Positions 18,368 to 27,531 of a DNA stretch of 58,729 nt are shown one piece after another. Every line of letters starts with the position of its first letter. The stretch's first letter is position 1. Source of the DNA: an uncultured Bacteroides sp. (GTDB lineage Bacteria; Bacteroidota; Bacteroidia; Bacteroidales; Muribaculaceae); NCBI GenBank assembly GCA_964472555.1, contig CAYYQS010000001.1:1-58729 (forward strand). Direction: 5' to 3'. The notes beneath the pieces are model-generated. The model made no database searches and was not told the DNA's origin. It saw only the letters and a list, made by a program, of their open reading frames with translations. Made by a program: the position numbers and the translations under genes.

Positions 18368-19828
18368 CTAAAGTATGGGACTGAGCAGTCTCAGAACGGA
18401 TTCTCCAACCTTGCGTGACATCGGGCGGTGTTTCCATTCATCTGCGTGGACCCGTGTTGATGATTTGAGTCGCTGTTTATATTGTTCAATAGCCCAAGAA
18501 CATAGCTCTCTGCTATACATAAATAGGTTTGCCTCGAAATTACATTCAAAGCTTCTGAAATCAAAGTTTGTTGAGCCGACCGTCACTATCTCGTCATCAA
18601 TTATCATAGCTTTTGCATGCAGCATACCCGGTTCATACAGGTATACCTTAATACCTGCCTGAAGGCATTGCCCGATGTATGACGCCGATGCATAGGTCAA
18701 CATACTGGAATCGCTACGGCGGGGCAGTATGAGGCGGACATCGACATGCGAGAGGGCAGCACTCTGAAGGGCTCTTAGCAGTGATTCGGTTGGTAGGAAG
18801 TACGGTGTAAGAATAAAGACTCTTCGCCTGGCGTTGGATATAGCCTTGTGAAAAGACAATGCTATGTTGGCCCATTGTGAAGTCGGACCTGAGGTTAACA
18901 CCTGTGCACCAACTCCACTGATTCCTTCTCGAGGAAAAAGTGGTGAATCGCTGCACTCGGAATCCTCGATCAGGCCTCGACCCATGAAGTTCCAGTCTAC
19001 TGTAAACGAATATTTTAAGGCTGCTACTACCGGGCCGGTTACTCTTACGTGGGCATCGAACCAGGAGTCGAACTTCTTTCCACCGTCAATATACCTGTCT
19101 GCCACATTCATGCCCCCGATATATCCCACCGCATTGTCTATAATACATATTTTTCTATGATTCCTCCAATTGACCCGCGTCGCAAGCGATGGGAAGGTAA
19201 CCTTAAAAAAAGGATAAGCTTCAACACCGCGGGCCCGCAATTCCTTGAAGAAACGCGACCTCACATTGAAAGAGCCCACATGATCGTAAATGAGCCGGAC
19301 AGTGACACCTTCAGATACTTTTGAGATCAATATCTCTGCCACTTCCCTGCCAATACGGTCATCTTCAAAAATGTAATATTGAATGTTAATGGAGTGTCTT
19401 GCCAATCGGAGATCCCTCTTAAAGGCCTCAAACTTTGAGGCCCCGTCGGAAAAAATCTTCACACAATTGTCTGCATAGTATTGTGCACCTGTAAGAGATC
19501 TTGCAAGTTTTATCTGCTGCAACGATGTGTGGTCAAGACCCAACGACTCCGGCTGGACATGAGTGCGCTTCTCGCGGCGCCGAAGCTTGCGGCGGTTGCG
19601 GCGGGAAATCATCCTCACATTTTTAATACTTCTCCCGAAGAATATATATAGGATTATTCCCACAACCGGGAAAAGTAATAGTATCGTAACCCATGCCAGC
19701 GACTTTACCGGATTACGGTTCTCCGAAAGAATCACCATGATAATGAGCGCAGTAGAGCATAGGGCCGCAATAGCAAAGGCTGAATAAATCCAGTCGTAAG
19801 ATAGTATATGGGCTATGGCATCGTGCAA
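18368..19828 (-). CDS. cls: Cardiolipin synthase
   Basis: Two HKD motifs (HRKICIID, HAKAMIID) and two N-terminal TM helices. Confidence 0.93.
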   Translation of the reverse strand: MHDAIAHILSYDWIYSAFAIAALCSTALIIMVILSENRNPVKSLAWVTILLLFPVVGIILYIFFGRSIKNVRMISRRNRRKLRRREKRTHVQPESLGLDHTSLQQIKLARSLTGAQYYADNCVKIFSDGASKFEAFKRDLRLARHSINIQYYIFEDDRIGREVAEILISKVSEGVTVRLIYDHVGSFNVRSRFFKELRARGVEAYPFFKVTFPSLATRVNWRNHRKICIIDNAVGYIGGMNVADRYIDGGKKFDSWFDAHVRVTGPVVAALKYSFTVDWNFMGRGLIEDSECSDSPLFPREGISGVGAQVLTSGPTSQWANIALSFHKAISNARRRVFILTPYFLPTESLLRALQSAALSHVDVRLILPRRSDSSMLTYASASYIGQCLQAGIKVYLYEPGMLHAKAMIIDDEIVTVGSTNFDFRSFECNFEANLFMYSRELCSWAIEQYKQRLKSSTRVHADEWKHRPMSRKVGESVLRLLSPIL

Positions 19829-19873
19829 AGTGAGTCGGAGAAAAGGTAGATTGTAGAAGAAGAGCGGATTTTA

Positions 19874-19910
19874 CGTCAATCCCCGCCGTGAAAAGTACGG
19901 CGGGGTGACG
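19874..19910. other. Intergenic stem-loop (terminator or RNA stability element)
   Basis: CGTCA-at-CCCCGCCGT-loop-ACGGCGGGG-TGACG. No U-tract on the transcribed minus strand. Confidence 0.55.
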
Positions 19911-19929
19911 CTATATTTGAAGAGAAATA

Positions 19930-20484
19930 TCAGTCCTCGAAAGTCATTTCATCGAAGCCCTGACCTTCAAATTCATCTTCATTGAAGCTGTCCGAGCCGT
20001 AGAAATCTTCATCAAGATCAGTGTTTCTTGCTGCGGTTTTTTGCTTTTCGTCTATCTTGGCATCGAATTCATCGATATCCACAAATTCGGGAGGTGGTGT
20101 TCCAAGCGACAGTGAGCAGAAAGGATCTTTAAGCGAACGACCCGTGACGAGTTCTGTCATCTCTATAAAGAACATTCTTTCAGTCAGATAGTCGAAAACA
20201 TAAAGGAGTTTCTGACCTTCGTCCTCAATAAAGTCTGAAAGCACGGATTCGTCCATCAGATAGACCTCATCCTCATCATCTACTCCCATGTCTTCAAAGG
20301 TGATTTCTTTTTCTTTCTCCCAGTTTCGGTCGCAGAGGAAAAAAGAACTCATCTGGGTTGCATCGTATCCAACCGACGAGCAGATTGCTTTTTTTAGATC
20401 GAGGAAAGTGGCTGTGGCATCAATTTGAATTTCGCGTTTGAAATTCTCCACTTCATCTGAAACAATACGGAATTTAAATATCAT
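19930..20484 (-). CDS. Conserved Bacteroidetes acidic protein (pRiA4b ORF-3 / 'TnpR passenger'-like family)
   Basis: FKREIQID.ATFLDL, KLLYVFDY, acidic tail. Family assignment is from recall. Confidence 0.8.
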   Translation of the reverse strand: MIFKFRIVSDEVENFKREIQIDATATFLDLKKAICSSVGYDATQMSSFFLCDRNWEKEKEITFEDMGVDDEDEVYLMDESVLSDFIEDEGQKLLYVFDYLTERMFFIEMTELVTGRSLKDPFCSLSLGTPPPEFVDIDEFDAKIDEKQKTAARNTDLDEDFYGSDSFNEDEFEGQGFDEMTFED

Positions 20485-20612
20485 AATACGGTTGCAGTAG
20501 TTTCACAATCAGCCCCCCGACTGAGGGGTATCTTTTACGATGCGAAGTTAATAAGAATGCTCGTATGTTTGCAAGAAAATTATGAAAAAAATTTCCGTGT
20601 TTGATATATTTT

Positions 20613-21884
20613 TTATTCTGTCGAAGGTTCCGCTTCCTCTTCTTCAATTTTCGAAATCTTATCGAGAACGGATTTGGCAAGTAGTGACCCCCACACGCGG
20701 TAACCGGTAGCTGTAAAATGAACGCCGTCGCGACTGAGCAGCTCCGCTTTTCTTAGTTTGGAAGCAGCTCCGGTCTCTCCGGCTACTACATATCTGTTAT
20801 AGAAAGGGATACCTTCTTGCGCGGCATATTGTCCAAGGACGCTCGCAATTTCAGCTACTTTAGTATTAACGACCTGAACGGATGTCCTGCGTCTGCGTTT
20901 GCCACTCTTACGGTAAACTTTCTTGAAGCATTCGGTAGGAGAAACAAGCAGTATCTTTGTCGAGGGGAGGTGAGTTTTTATAGATGAGATTAATCCGTCT
21001 ACATTATCATTGATCGCCTCAAGACTCATTCTTCCGAAAGCTTCATTCGTTCCAAGAGCTATTACCAGCAAATTAGGGTGTAGTTCCGAAAGCCCTTCCA
21101 GAAAATCATCTCCGAGTGACAGGTAAGATCCGTAGGTCGCTCCATTATTGCCTATTGAGTGGACAACAGTGCCTACAGTGTCGTTCATCAGTTCAATTCC
21201 TCCTATTACGGTAGAACCTGAAGACATGAAATCCGCTGAGAAGGATATGACAGGCTCTCTGAAAACTAATCGTTTATTAATCTCATCACAGTAAATCGTA
21301 GAATCTGACACGCCGATAAACTGTGGCTCATTACCGGCGTAAAAGAATCGTACTTGAGAGAATGGAGTCTTGGCTGAAACTGAAAGATTGTATTTCCCGG
21401 ACTCCGGCCGAAGTCCGATACCTGTAAACGGCATCTCGGTCTGCCAGGGTGTCTTGAGTAATTTGGAAGTCTCGAATCGTGCATCGAGGTTTATGGAGTA
21501 GTCGAGAGGCTCATTGGTTCCCGCAAGCTTGAATGGTATGACTATTCCGCGGCCTGCCGGACGAGAGGCTTCCTGAAGAATTTGACGGAAGACACTTACG
21601 TTGAAGTCGGCCTGCACATGCGAGTCTCCTAAATAAACAATGGAGAACAAGGAGTCGCCCGCTGTCGCCGATTTGAATTGCTCAATAAGCGGACTCCAGT
21701 CATCCCCATTCATCTCTATTACATTTTTTTCGATATTTATGAAGGGATATGCCGAAAGATCGATGCTCTCTGAGTACTCAGTCTCCAACTGTGGATTGAG
21801 TCGCAGCTCTTTCTGATCATCACTTTGAGCGGATGCAAAACTTCCGTATACTGCTACAAGTAATAAAAGGACTAATCTATTCAT
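20613..21884 (-). CDS. Secreted SGNH/GDSL hydrolase or O-acetyltransferase
   Basis: Blocks GDSH, GNNGA, GTNE and DGVH. Signal peptide from ATG 21884. Confidence 0.85.
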   Translation of the reverse strand: MNRLVLLLLVAVYGSFASAQSDDQKELRLNPQLETEYSESIDLSAYPFINIEKNVIEMNGDDWSPLIEQFKSATAGDSLFSIVYLGDSHVQADFNVSVFRQILQEASRPAGRGIVIPFKLAGTNEPLDYSINLDARFETSKLLKTPWQTEMPFTGIGLRPESGKYNLSVSAKTPFSQVRFFYAGNEPQFIGVSDSTIYCDEINKRLVFREPVISFSADFMSSGSTVIGGIELMNDTVGTVVHSIGNNGATYGSYLSLGDDFLEGLSELHPNLLVIALGTNEAFGRMSLEAINDNVDGLISSIKTHLPSTKILLVSPTECFKKVYRKSGKRRRRTSVQVVNTKVAEIASVLGQYAAQEGIPFYNRYVVAGETGAASKLRKAELLSRDGVHFTATGYRVWGSLLAKSVLDKISKIEEEEAEPSTE

Positions 21885-23283
21885 CGAAAGCTTTAGCGAA
21901 AGCATTAAACATCAGAGTGGCCAATTCTTTACCTCCGGCGTGATTAAGGTGAATATAATCGGCATTGACAAGACGCCGTTTTCGCCAGTCAGCGACGGCT
22001 CCGGGGCCCCCCATGGCCTCGCGGGTGTCCCAGAATATCACTCCGCTATTACGCGCCAGCTCCCGCTGAGCCTTTACCATAGCAGTACAACTTGCCATTG
22101 ACTTTATCTCTGTTCCTTCCTTTATACCCCGGTCACCAACTCCCATAACTATGATATCTGCTCCGGGGTAGCATCCTCTGATTTTATCTACCACTTTCTG
22201 CATGCCGGTGCGGTAAGGGGTATAGTTGGTTTGTTCAGCACTAAGAGCATTCATGCCGAACTCGATTATTATCAAGGAATAATCACGATTCTTTCTCAGT
22301 GAAGAAATGAGAGTCTCATTAAGTTTTGCATGTGTGATTCCTGAATTACCACGTACCGACATACAGTCAAGCTGTACGCCCGTATTGCCGTCAAGATTCA
22401 CACCAAGAGCCTTCAACCCCGGCACATTACTCTCGATCTTAAATTTCGTGGTCTGACCTTGAACGCTCAGTGTTACCGGAGCTTCGTCCGGCACAACATC
22501 AAAAGTTTCCGTCCCGGCATCAGTCGTGAGTGCAATGGTACCTTCAGAGGCCGATATAAAGGTAAAGGAGGATTTACTCCATTCTTTAGTTCCGTTTCCA
22601 TACGACGACCCTTTGAATGTTGCCGAAGCCGAAGTCTCTGCAGTACAGTAATCGCCTGAAAGCTGCCGGAGTGAATCACGGGACGACATGGTTCTTATAT
22701 CGTGGAGTTTCCACCCGGCGTCCGACTGAACCACCGACTTGCGGAAACCCGGGAAATCGGTGTGAAGGCTGAGATGTCCTACACCGCTTCCCCCGAATCG
22801 GTTCTGAAAGAGTTCCCTCAGGTCCTCACAGAAAATATCACCTTCGATAAAAGAATCACCAATAACCGCAATATTTACTGTGCCGGAATTTTCGGCAAGA
22901 GCGGCTTTGAAGCGGGAGAGGAGGGGTGAATTTGTATAATTCTCGAAGCAAACAACGCCCTCTGAAACAGGTGCTGTATGGATTAGCGGCTCTTCAACAG
23001 CGGGGGAGACGACAGATGTTTCTTCCGTGACCTCTGAAGGCTCACCGATCGCTTCTGGTTCTGCCTGAGCTAAAAGTTCTGATAATTCTTCATCAATCTG
23101 AGCTGTCTCAAAAGTTTCGACAGACTTAGTCGGCTCTGCGGTAGGAAAGAGATCCTCAAAGAGATTGAAATCTTTAACTAAATTGTTGCTTAGCCGCCCG
23201 ATAGGCATCGCGGAGAGCGCAAGTAAAATAGCAAAAGACAGGCAAACGATGCCTAAGGTGTGTTTGAGAGAGGAGTTGTCCAT
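21877..23283 (-). CDS. Membrane-anchored SGNH/GDSL hydrolase or O-acetyltransferase
   Basis: Blocks GDSF, RGNSG, GMN and DYIH; N-terminal TM. Confidence 0.85.
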   Translation of the reverse strand: MDNSSLKHTLGIVCLSFAILLALSAMPIGRLSNNLVKDFNLFEDLFPTAEPTKSVETFETAQIDEELSELLAQAEPEAIGEPSEVTEETSVVSPAVEEPLIHTAPVSEGVVCFENYTNSPLLSRFKAALAENSGTVNIAVIGDSFIEGDIFCEDLRELFQNRFGGSGVGHLSLHTDFPGFRKSVVQSDAGWKLHDIRTMSSRDSLRQLSGDYCTAETSASATFKGSSYGNGTKEWSKSSFTFISASEGTIALTTDAGTETFDVVPDEAPVTLSVQGQTTKFKIESNVPGLKALGVNLDGNTGVQLDCMSVRGNSGITHAKLNETLISSLRKNRDYSLIIIEFGMNALSAEQTNYTPYRTGMQKVVDKIRGCYPGADIIVMGVGDRGIKEGTEIKSMASCTAMVKAQRELARNSGVIFWDTREAMGGPGAVADWRKRRLVNADYIHLNHAGGKELATLMFNAFAKAFDE

Positions 23284-23300
23284 TATAGAAGGGAGTAAGA

Positions 23301-24245
23301 TTAAAAGGAAGAAAGGAGTTGTACAAGCGGAGTTGCTTTGGCTTCTGTTTCAAGCCATTCATCGTCTGCTTCTGATGCATGAGTAATTCCGCTACCTGTA
23401 TATATTGCCCATTTTTCGGTATCGAAATGAACGCAGCGCAGTATCACATACGTAAGCGGGCCGGTAGATGTTGGCACTGTGATCAATCCTCCATAGCAGT
23501 TTCGGGGATGATCTTCATACACACGGATACACTCGAGCCCTTTCTCTCGTGGAAAACCACAGACAGCAGGAGTAGGGTGTAGGCTATGAATAATTTCGGA
23601 AACAGGCAGAGGCTCGTCTGACTCAAGCCTTATCGGGGTGCAAAGATGTCGAACTGCGGCATACTTAAGGTCATGTCTTTCACCTTTTTCAGCTCGAACA
23701 CTTCCAGGTAGTGCGGACAGACGTGAAAGTATATCTTCAACCACGAAATCATGTTCCTCGATATTTTTAGCACTCCATGGCGATTCATCATCTACCGGTT
23801 TAGTCCCGGCCAAAGCTCTGGTAGCTGCCGACTTAGAGTCGTGCATCTCAAGCAGAAGTTCAGGTGAAGCTCCCATCCAATATCCGGTGATCGGATGAAA
23901 AAACAAAAAGCAGAAAGAATCGGGGAACTTACTGAAATACTCATTCGCTAATTCTTCTGGCTCAAATTTTGCGAAGCGTCCGCAGATAAGACGGCTCATC
24001 ACAGCTTTCTCCCTACCGCCCTTAAGTTCTGAAATCAGTCGCGTAAGTCGACGGATATAGTCGTCTTTCTCGGTAGAACGTGAGCAAACGTTCATAGGCT
24101 CCTCGAAAGATTGGGTACACCAGGGTTCAACCCTCACATCTCCGAATTGCAGTTTTTCCGAAGAAATATCAGTAAAATCTCTCCTGATTATTTCTTGAGA
24201 GCCCGGTAAGCGATATATAATGAATGCCTTATTCTGCATTTTCAT
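23301..24245 (-). CDS. Isochorismate synthase-like chorismate-binding enzyme (MenF-like)
   Basis: KAVMSR, GASPELL, ALAGT, KNIEEH, HPTPAVCG, GSGI..E..K. Start at 24245 or 24239. Confidence 0.85.
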   Translation of the reverse strand: MKMQNKAFIIYRLPGSQEIIRRDFTDISSEKLQFGDVRVEPWCTQSFEEPMNVCSRSTEKDDYIRRLTRLISELKGGREKAVMSRLICGRFAKFEPEELANEYFSKFPDSFCFLFFHPITGYWMGASPELLLEMHDSKSAATRALAGTKPVDDESPWSAKNIEEHDFVVEDILSRLSALPGSVRAEKGERHDLKYAAVRHLCTPIRLESDEPLPVSEIIHSLHPTPAVCGFPREKGLECIRVYEDHPRNCYGGLITVPTSTGPLTYVILRCVHFDTEKWAIYTGSGITHASEADDEWLETEAKATPLVQLLSSF

Positions 24246-25551
24246 CCTCGGGAATTCCAAAAAGATCGAAACCTTCGCTTCCGCAGATCTTTACGTTGTA
24301 TATGTTACCGATCTTCAGTTCTCTTGGCGTAGTGATGAACACATTGCAATCCACCTCTGGAGAATCGTATTCTGTACGGCCGATATATCTTTCTCCGTCA
24401 AATTCATCAACGATCACAGGAAGAATCATTCCTGTTTTTGATTCTGCTACTTCAAAAGCAATATCCTGCTGTACGGCCATAAGAGCGTCGAGGCGAGCCT
24501 GCTTAACTTCTTCGGGAATATCATCCGCAAGATTCCTTGCAGCAAATGTTCCTTCTTCCTCGCAGTAAGCAAAGGCTCCGAGCCGCTCGAAACGCTGCTC
24601 CTTGACGAATTCCACGAGTTTCCTGAAAGCTTCTTCCGTTTCACCCGGGAAACCGACCATCATGGTTGTTCGTATATGGATTCCCGGCACTTCAGCTCTG
24701 ATTCGCCTCAGTAGTTCCTTGGTGGCTGCTCCGTCAATGTGCCGTCGCATATTGGCAAGAACAGTATCATCAATATGCTGAAGCGCAATGTCGAGATATT
24801 TGCAGATGTTAGGATACTTTGCCATTACCGGAAGAATATCGTAGGGGAATTCCGAAGGGTATGCGTAGTGCAGGCGCAACATCTTCACCCCTTCAATACC
24901 GGCAAGTTTCTCGAGAAGTTCTGCCAGTCTCGATTTACCACCTTCGAGATCTGTTCCGTACGACGACAGATCCTGTGCGATTATGTTGAATTCTACAGTT
25001 CCTCGTTCAACGAGATCGCGAACCTCGGCAACAATTTCATCCACAGGCCTCGACTTAAATCTGCCCGTAATCAGTGGTATCGCACAGAATGCACAGAAGC
25101 GGTTACACCCCTCTGCTATCTTCAGATAAGTATAGTGTGGTAGTGTAGAGAGCGACCGTTCCCACGGTGCTGTAGAAGTGGGTACATCTGTTATCCTGTC
25201 AACTATACCGTTCCAGTCGAACTTGCCATATAGTCCGTCAAGCTCAGGAATCTCAGCGGTAAGTTCTTCTCTATATCTTTCGGTTAGACATCCCATGGCA
25301 TAAACCGAACCGATCTTTCGTTTCGACTTACGCTCAAGAGCGCCGAGGAGCATATTAATGGATTCCTCTTTAGCGTCACCGATAAATCCGCAAGTATTGA
25401 TTATGAGGTCTGACCCGTCAGAAGGAAGCTCTTCTACAAAAGAACATTCAACACCTGCATCAGCAAACCGCCTTGCAAGTCTCTCACTGTCGACAAGATT
25501 CTTTGAGCATCCTAAACTAAGGATACTCACTTTCTTTTGTTTTTTGCTCAT
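24229..25551 (-). CDS. rimO: Ribosomal protein S12 methylthiotransferase
   Basis: LGCSKNLVDSE, NTCGFI, radical-SAM CNRFCAFC, and TRAM domain with DSPEVD. Start ATG 25551. Confidence 0.95.
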   Translation of the reverse strand: MSKKQKKVSILSLGCSKNLVDSERLARRFADAGVECSFVEELPSDGSDLIINTCGFIGDAKEESINMLLGALERKSKRKIGSVYAMGCLTERYREELTAEIPELDGLYGKFDWNGIVDRITDVPTSTAPWERSLSTLPHYTYLKIAEGCNRFCAFCAIPLITGRFKSRPVDEIVAEVRDLVERGTVEFNIIAQDLSSYGTDLEGGKSRLAELLEKLAGIEGVKMLRLHYAYPSEFPYDILPVMAKYPNICKYLDIALQHIDDTVLANMRRHIDGAATKELLRRIRAEVPGIHIRTTMMVGFPGETEEAFRKLVEFVKEQRFERLGAFAYCEEEGTFAARNLADDIPEEVKQARLDALMAVQQDIAFEVAESKTGMILPVIVDEFDGERYIGRTEYDSPEVDCNVFITTPRELKIGNIYNVKICGSEGFDLFGIPEDENAE

Positions 25552-25555
25552 ACTC

Positions 25556-26515
25556 TTATCTGCGGCCGAAAAGCGACTGCACGAATTCTCTTTTGTTGAA
25601 GAGCTGAAGATCATCAATGCCTTCGCCGATGCCGATATATTTTACCGGAATCTTAAACTGATCGCTGATGCCGATCACAACACCTCCGCGTGCCGTTCCG
25701 TCGAGTTTCGTCACGGCAAGATCAGTCACCTGAGTAGCTGCGGAGAACTGGCGCGCCTGCTCAAACGCATTCTGCCCAGTAGAGCCGTCAAGCACAAGCA
25801 AAACTTCATGTGGGGCTCCCGGAACAACTTTCTCCATCACTCTTTTTATTTTTGAAAGTTCTTCCATAAGTCCTTTCTTGTTGTGAAGTCGTCCTGCGGT
25901 ATCGATGATAACTACATCGATATCATTAGCTACAGCCGACGAAAGTGTATCGTAAGCAACTGCTGCAGCATCCGAGCCTAACTGCTGCTTGACTACCGGA
26001 ACTTCTGCACGACGGGCCCACTCGTCAAGCTGCTCCACAGCGGCAGCGCGAAATGTGTCGGCTGCTCCGAGCATCACTTTATTTCCTGCCTGACGGTAAT
26101 GGTGGGCAAGTTTACCAATCGTGGTGGTTTTCCCTACACCGTTGACACCCACAACCATTATAACGTAGGGTTTCTTTCCGGCCGGTGGGGTAAACGATAG
26201 ATTGTCTTCGGCTTTATCGCTCTCAGCAAGCAGGTCGCTTATTTCCTCGCACAGGAGTTCGTTGAGTTCATCCATGTCGACATATTTGTCGCGTGCCACG
26301 CGATTCTGTATGCGGTCAAGAATCTTGAGTGTAGTTTCTGCGCCCACATCACTGGTAATGAATACTTCCTCAAGTTCGTCAAGAAAGTCATCATCTATAG
26401 TGCGACGGCCGGTGAAGACTCTGCGTAGTTTACTCAGGACGCCTTCTTTCGTTTTTTCAAGTCCTTTATCGAGGTTTTGCTTTCGTCCTTTGGTGAAATA
26501 GTCAAAAAATCCCAT
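25556..26515 (-). CDS. ftsY: Signal recognition particle receptor
   Basis: GVNGVGKTT, DTFRAAA, DTAGR, TKLDG. Confidence 0.96.
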   Translation of the reverse strand: MGFFDYFTKGRKQNLDKGLEKTKEGVLSKLRRVFTGRRTIDDDFLDELEEVFITSDVGAETTLKILDRIQNRVARDKYVDMDELNELLCEEISDLLAESDKAEDNLSFTPPAGKKPYVIMVVGVNGVGKTTTIGKLAHHYRQAGNKVMLGAADTFRAAAVEQLDEWARRAEVPVVKQQLGSDAAAVAYDTLSSAVANDIDVVIIDTAGRLHNKKGLMEELSKIKRVMEKVVPGAPHEVLLVLDGSTGQNAFEQARQFSAATQVTDLAVTKLDGTARGGVVIGISDQFKIPVKYIGIGEGIDDLQLFNKREFVQSLFGRR

Positions 26516-26549
26516 TGGTTAACTGCGATGGCTTTTAAAGTTCGTCAAT

Positions 26550-27065
26550 TCATTTTCGCGAAAGAATCCGGAGCAGGAGATATGCCCCTATAGTTTGCAC
26601 GATCATACCGGGGATACCTACGCGGAAATCCTGGGTTGCCTGCATAAAGTCGCCGAAAATAGCCCATTCACCAAGTGTCCCGGCAAACTGATAAGTAAGC
26701 ACCACAGATAGCACAAGTGCTATGGTAACTTTTCCGTAACGACTCGCAAGGGCTGCGGCACTAAATGCCAATATTACCGATTTCATTAGAATAGGAAGTA
26801 ACATTGCTTGCGAGGGCATTCCGAATATCAATGTGTTGATTATGGGCGAAATCACAGCAACAGTAAAACCCATCTTAAACCCATATCGCCACGAGGCTAT
26901 CAACGTAAAGAAGTAGATAGGTAGCCACATCGGACCGCCTCCGGGTATTAAGTGAAAAAATTGAGGGAGAACGACATTACCCGATATCAGAACTAATGCC
27001 GTCATCCAAAAACGAAGGGCGCCCGGCATCTGGGAAACCCCAATGTTTGGAGTATTATTAGTCAT
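26550..27065 (-). CDS. Integral membrane protein, ECF-transporter S-component-like
   Basis: About 5-6 TM segments with LPQFFH..LPIYFFTL; own TAATTTTG box at 27092-27099 (minus strand). Confidence 0.65.
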   Translation of the reverse strand: MTNNTPNIGVSQMPGALRFWMTALVLISGNVVLPQFFHLIPGGGPMWLPIYFFTLIASWRYGFKMGFTVAVISPIINTLIFGMPSQAMLLPILMKSVILAFSAAALASRYGKVTIALVLSVVLTYQFAGTLGEWAIFGDFMQATQDFRVGIPGMIVQTIGAYLLLRILSRK

Positions 27066-27146
27066 TTCGTTGATGATTTGCTATTAATCCACAAAATTAA
27101 TCAAAAAAAAGATTCCGTGCAAGTGTCGTCATTCCGACTTTTTGCT

Positions 27147-27154
27147 TAAATTTG
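27147..27154 (+). promoter_or_regulatory. Housekeeping -7 box
   Basis: TAAATTTG 23 nt before ATG 27178. Confidence 0.55.
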
Positions 27155-27177
27155 CAAACAAAAATTGCGTAGTGCTT

Positions 27178-27531
27178 ATGTTTGATGTGAAATGTCTTAA
27201 ATATTTAGCTGTTTCATGCCTTTTCTCCTTAATGGTTACTCCTGCGTCTGTGGCTCAGAGAATTTATAAGACAAGTGAAGGCAAGAAGGCGGAGGTTAAA
27301 GTTTGTCCTGTCGACAAGGAATATCGCGCGGATCTGATCGTCTATGTAACTCAGTATTCACATCGTGCAAGAGGTAACAATGGCATTTGGTTCTTCACCG
27401 ACCGTGAAGAGCATGCTGATAAAAGCATATCATTCGTTAATGAATGGCAAGCCGATGTAAAAGTATTCTTCACCGATAAGGAACATGAGGCGGGGTGGCG
27501 TAATAAATCCCGTTCCCATTATTTCGACTGA
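27178..27531 (+). CDS. Small secreted repeat protein (DUF6150-like)
   Basis: Signal peptide, repeated A[DE]xxV[YF]x[TV] units, GIWFFT and AGWRNK. Family assignment is from recall. Confidence 0.7.
   Translation: MFDVKCLKYLAVSCLFSLMVTPASVAQRIYKTSEGKKAEVKVCPVDKEYRADLIVYVTQYSHRARGNNGIWFFTDREEHADKSISFVNEWQADVKVFFTDKEHEAGWRNKSRSHYFD

Noticed and set aside
19930-20484. Mobile element implied by the 'IS passenger/plasmid ORF-3' family name
   Set aside because: No transposase, terminal repeats or target duplication; it appears to be a core chromosomal gene
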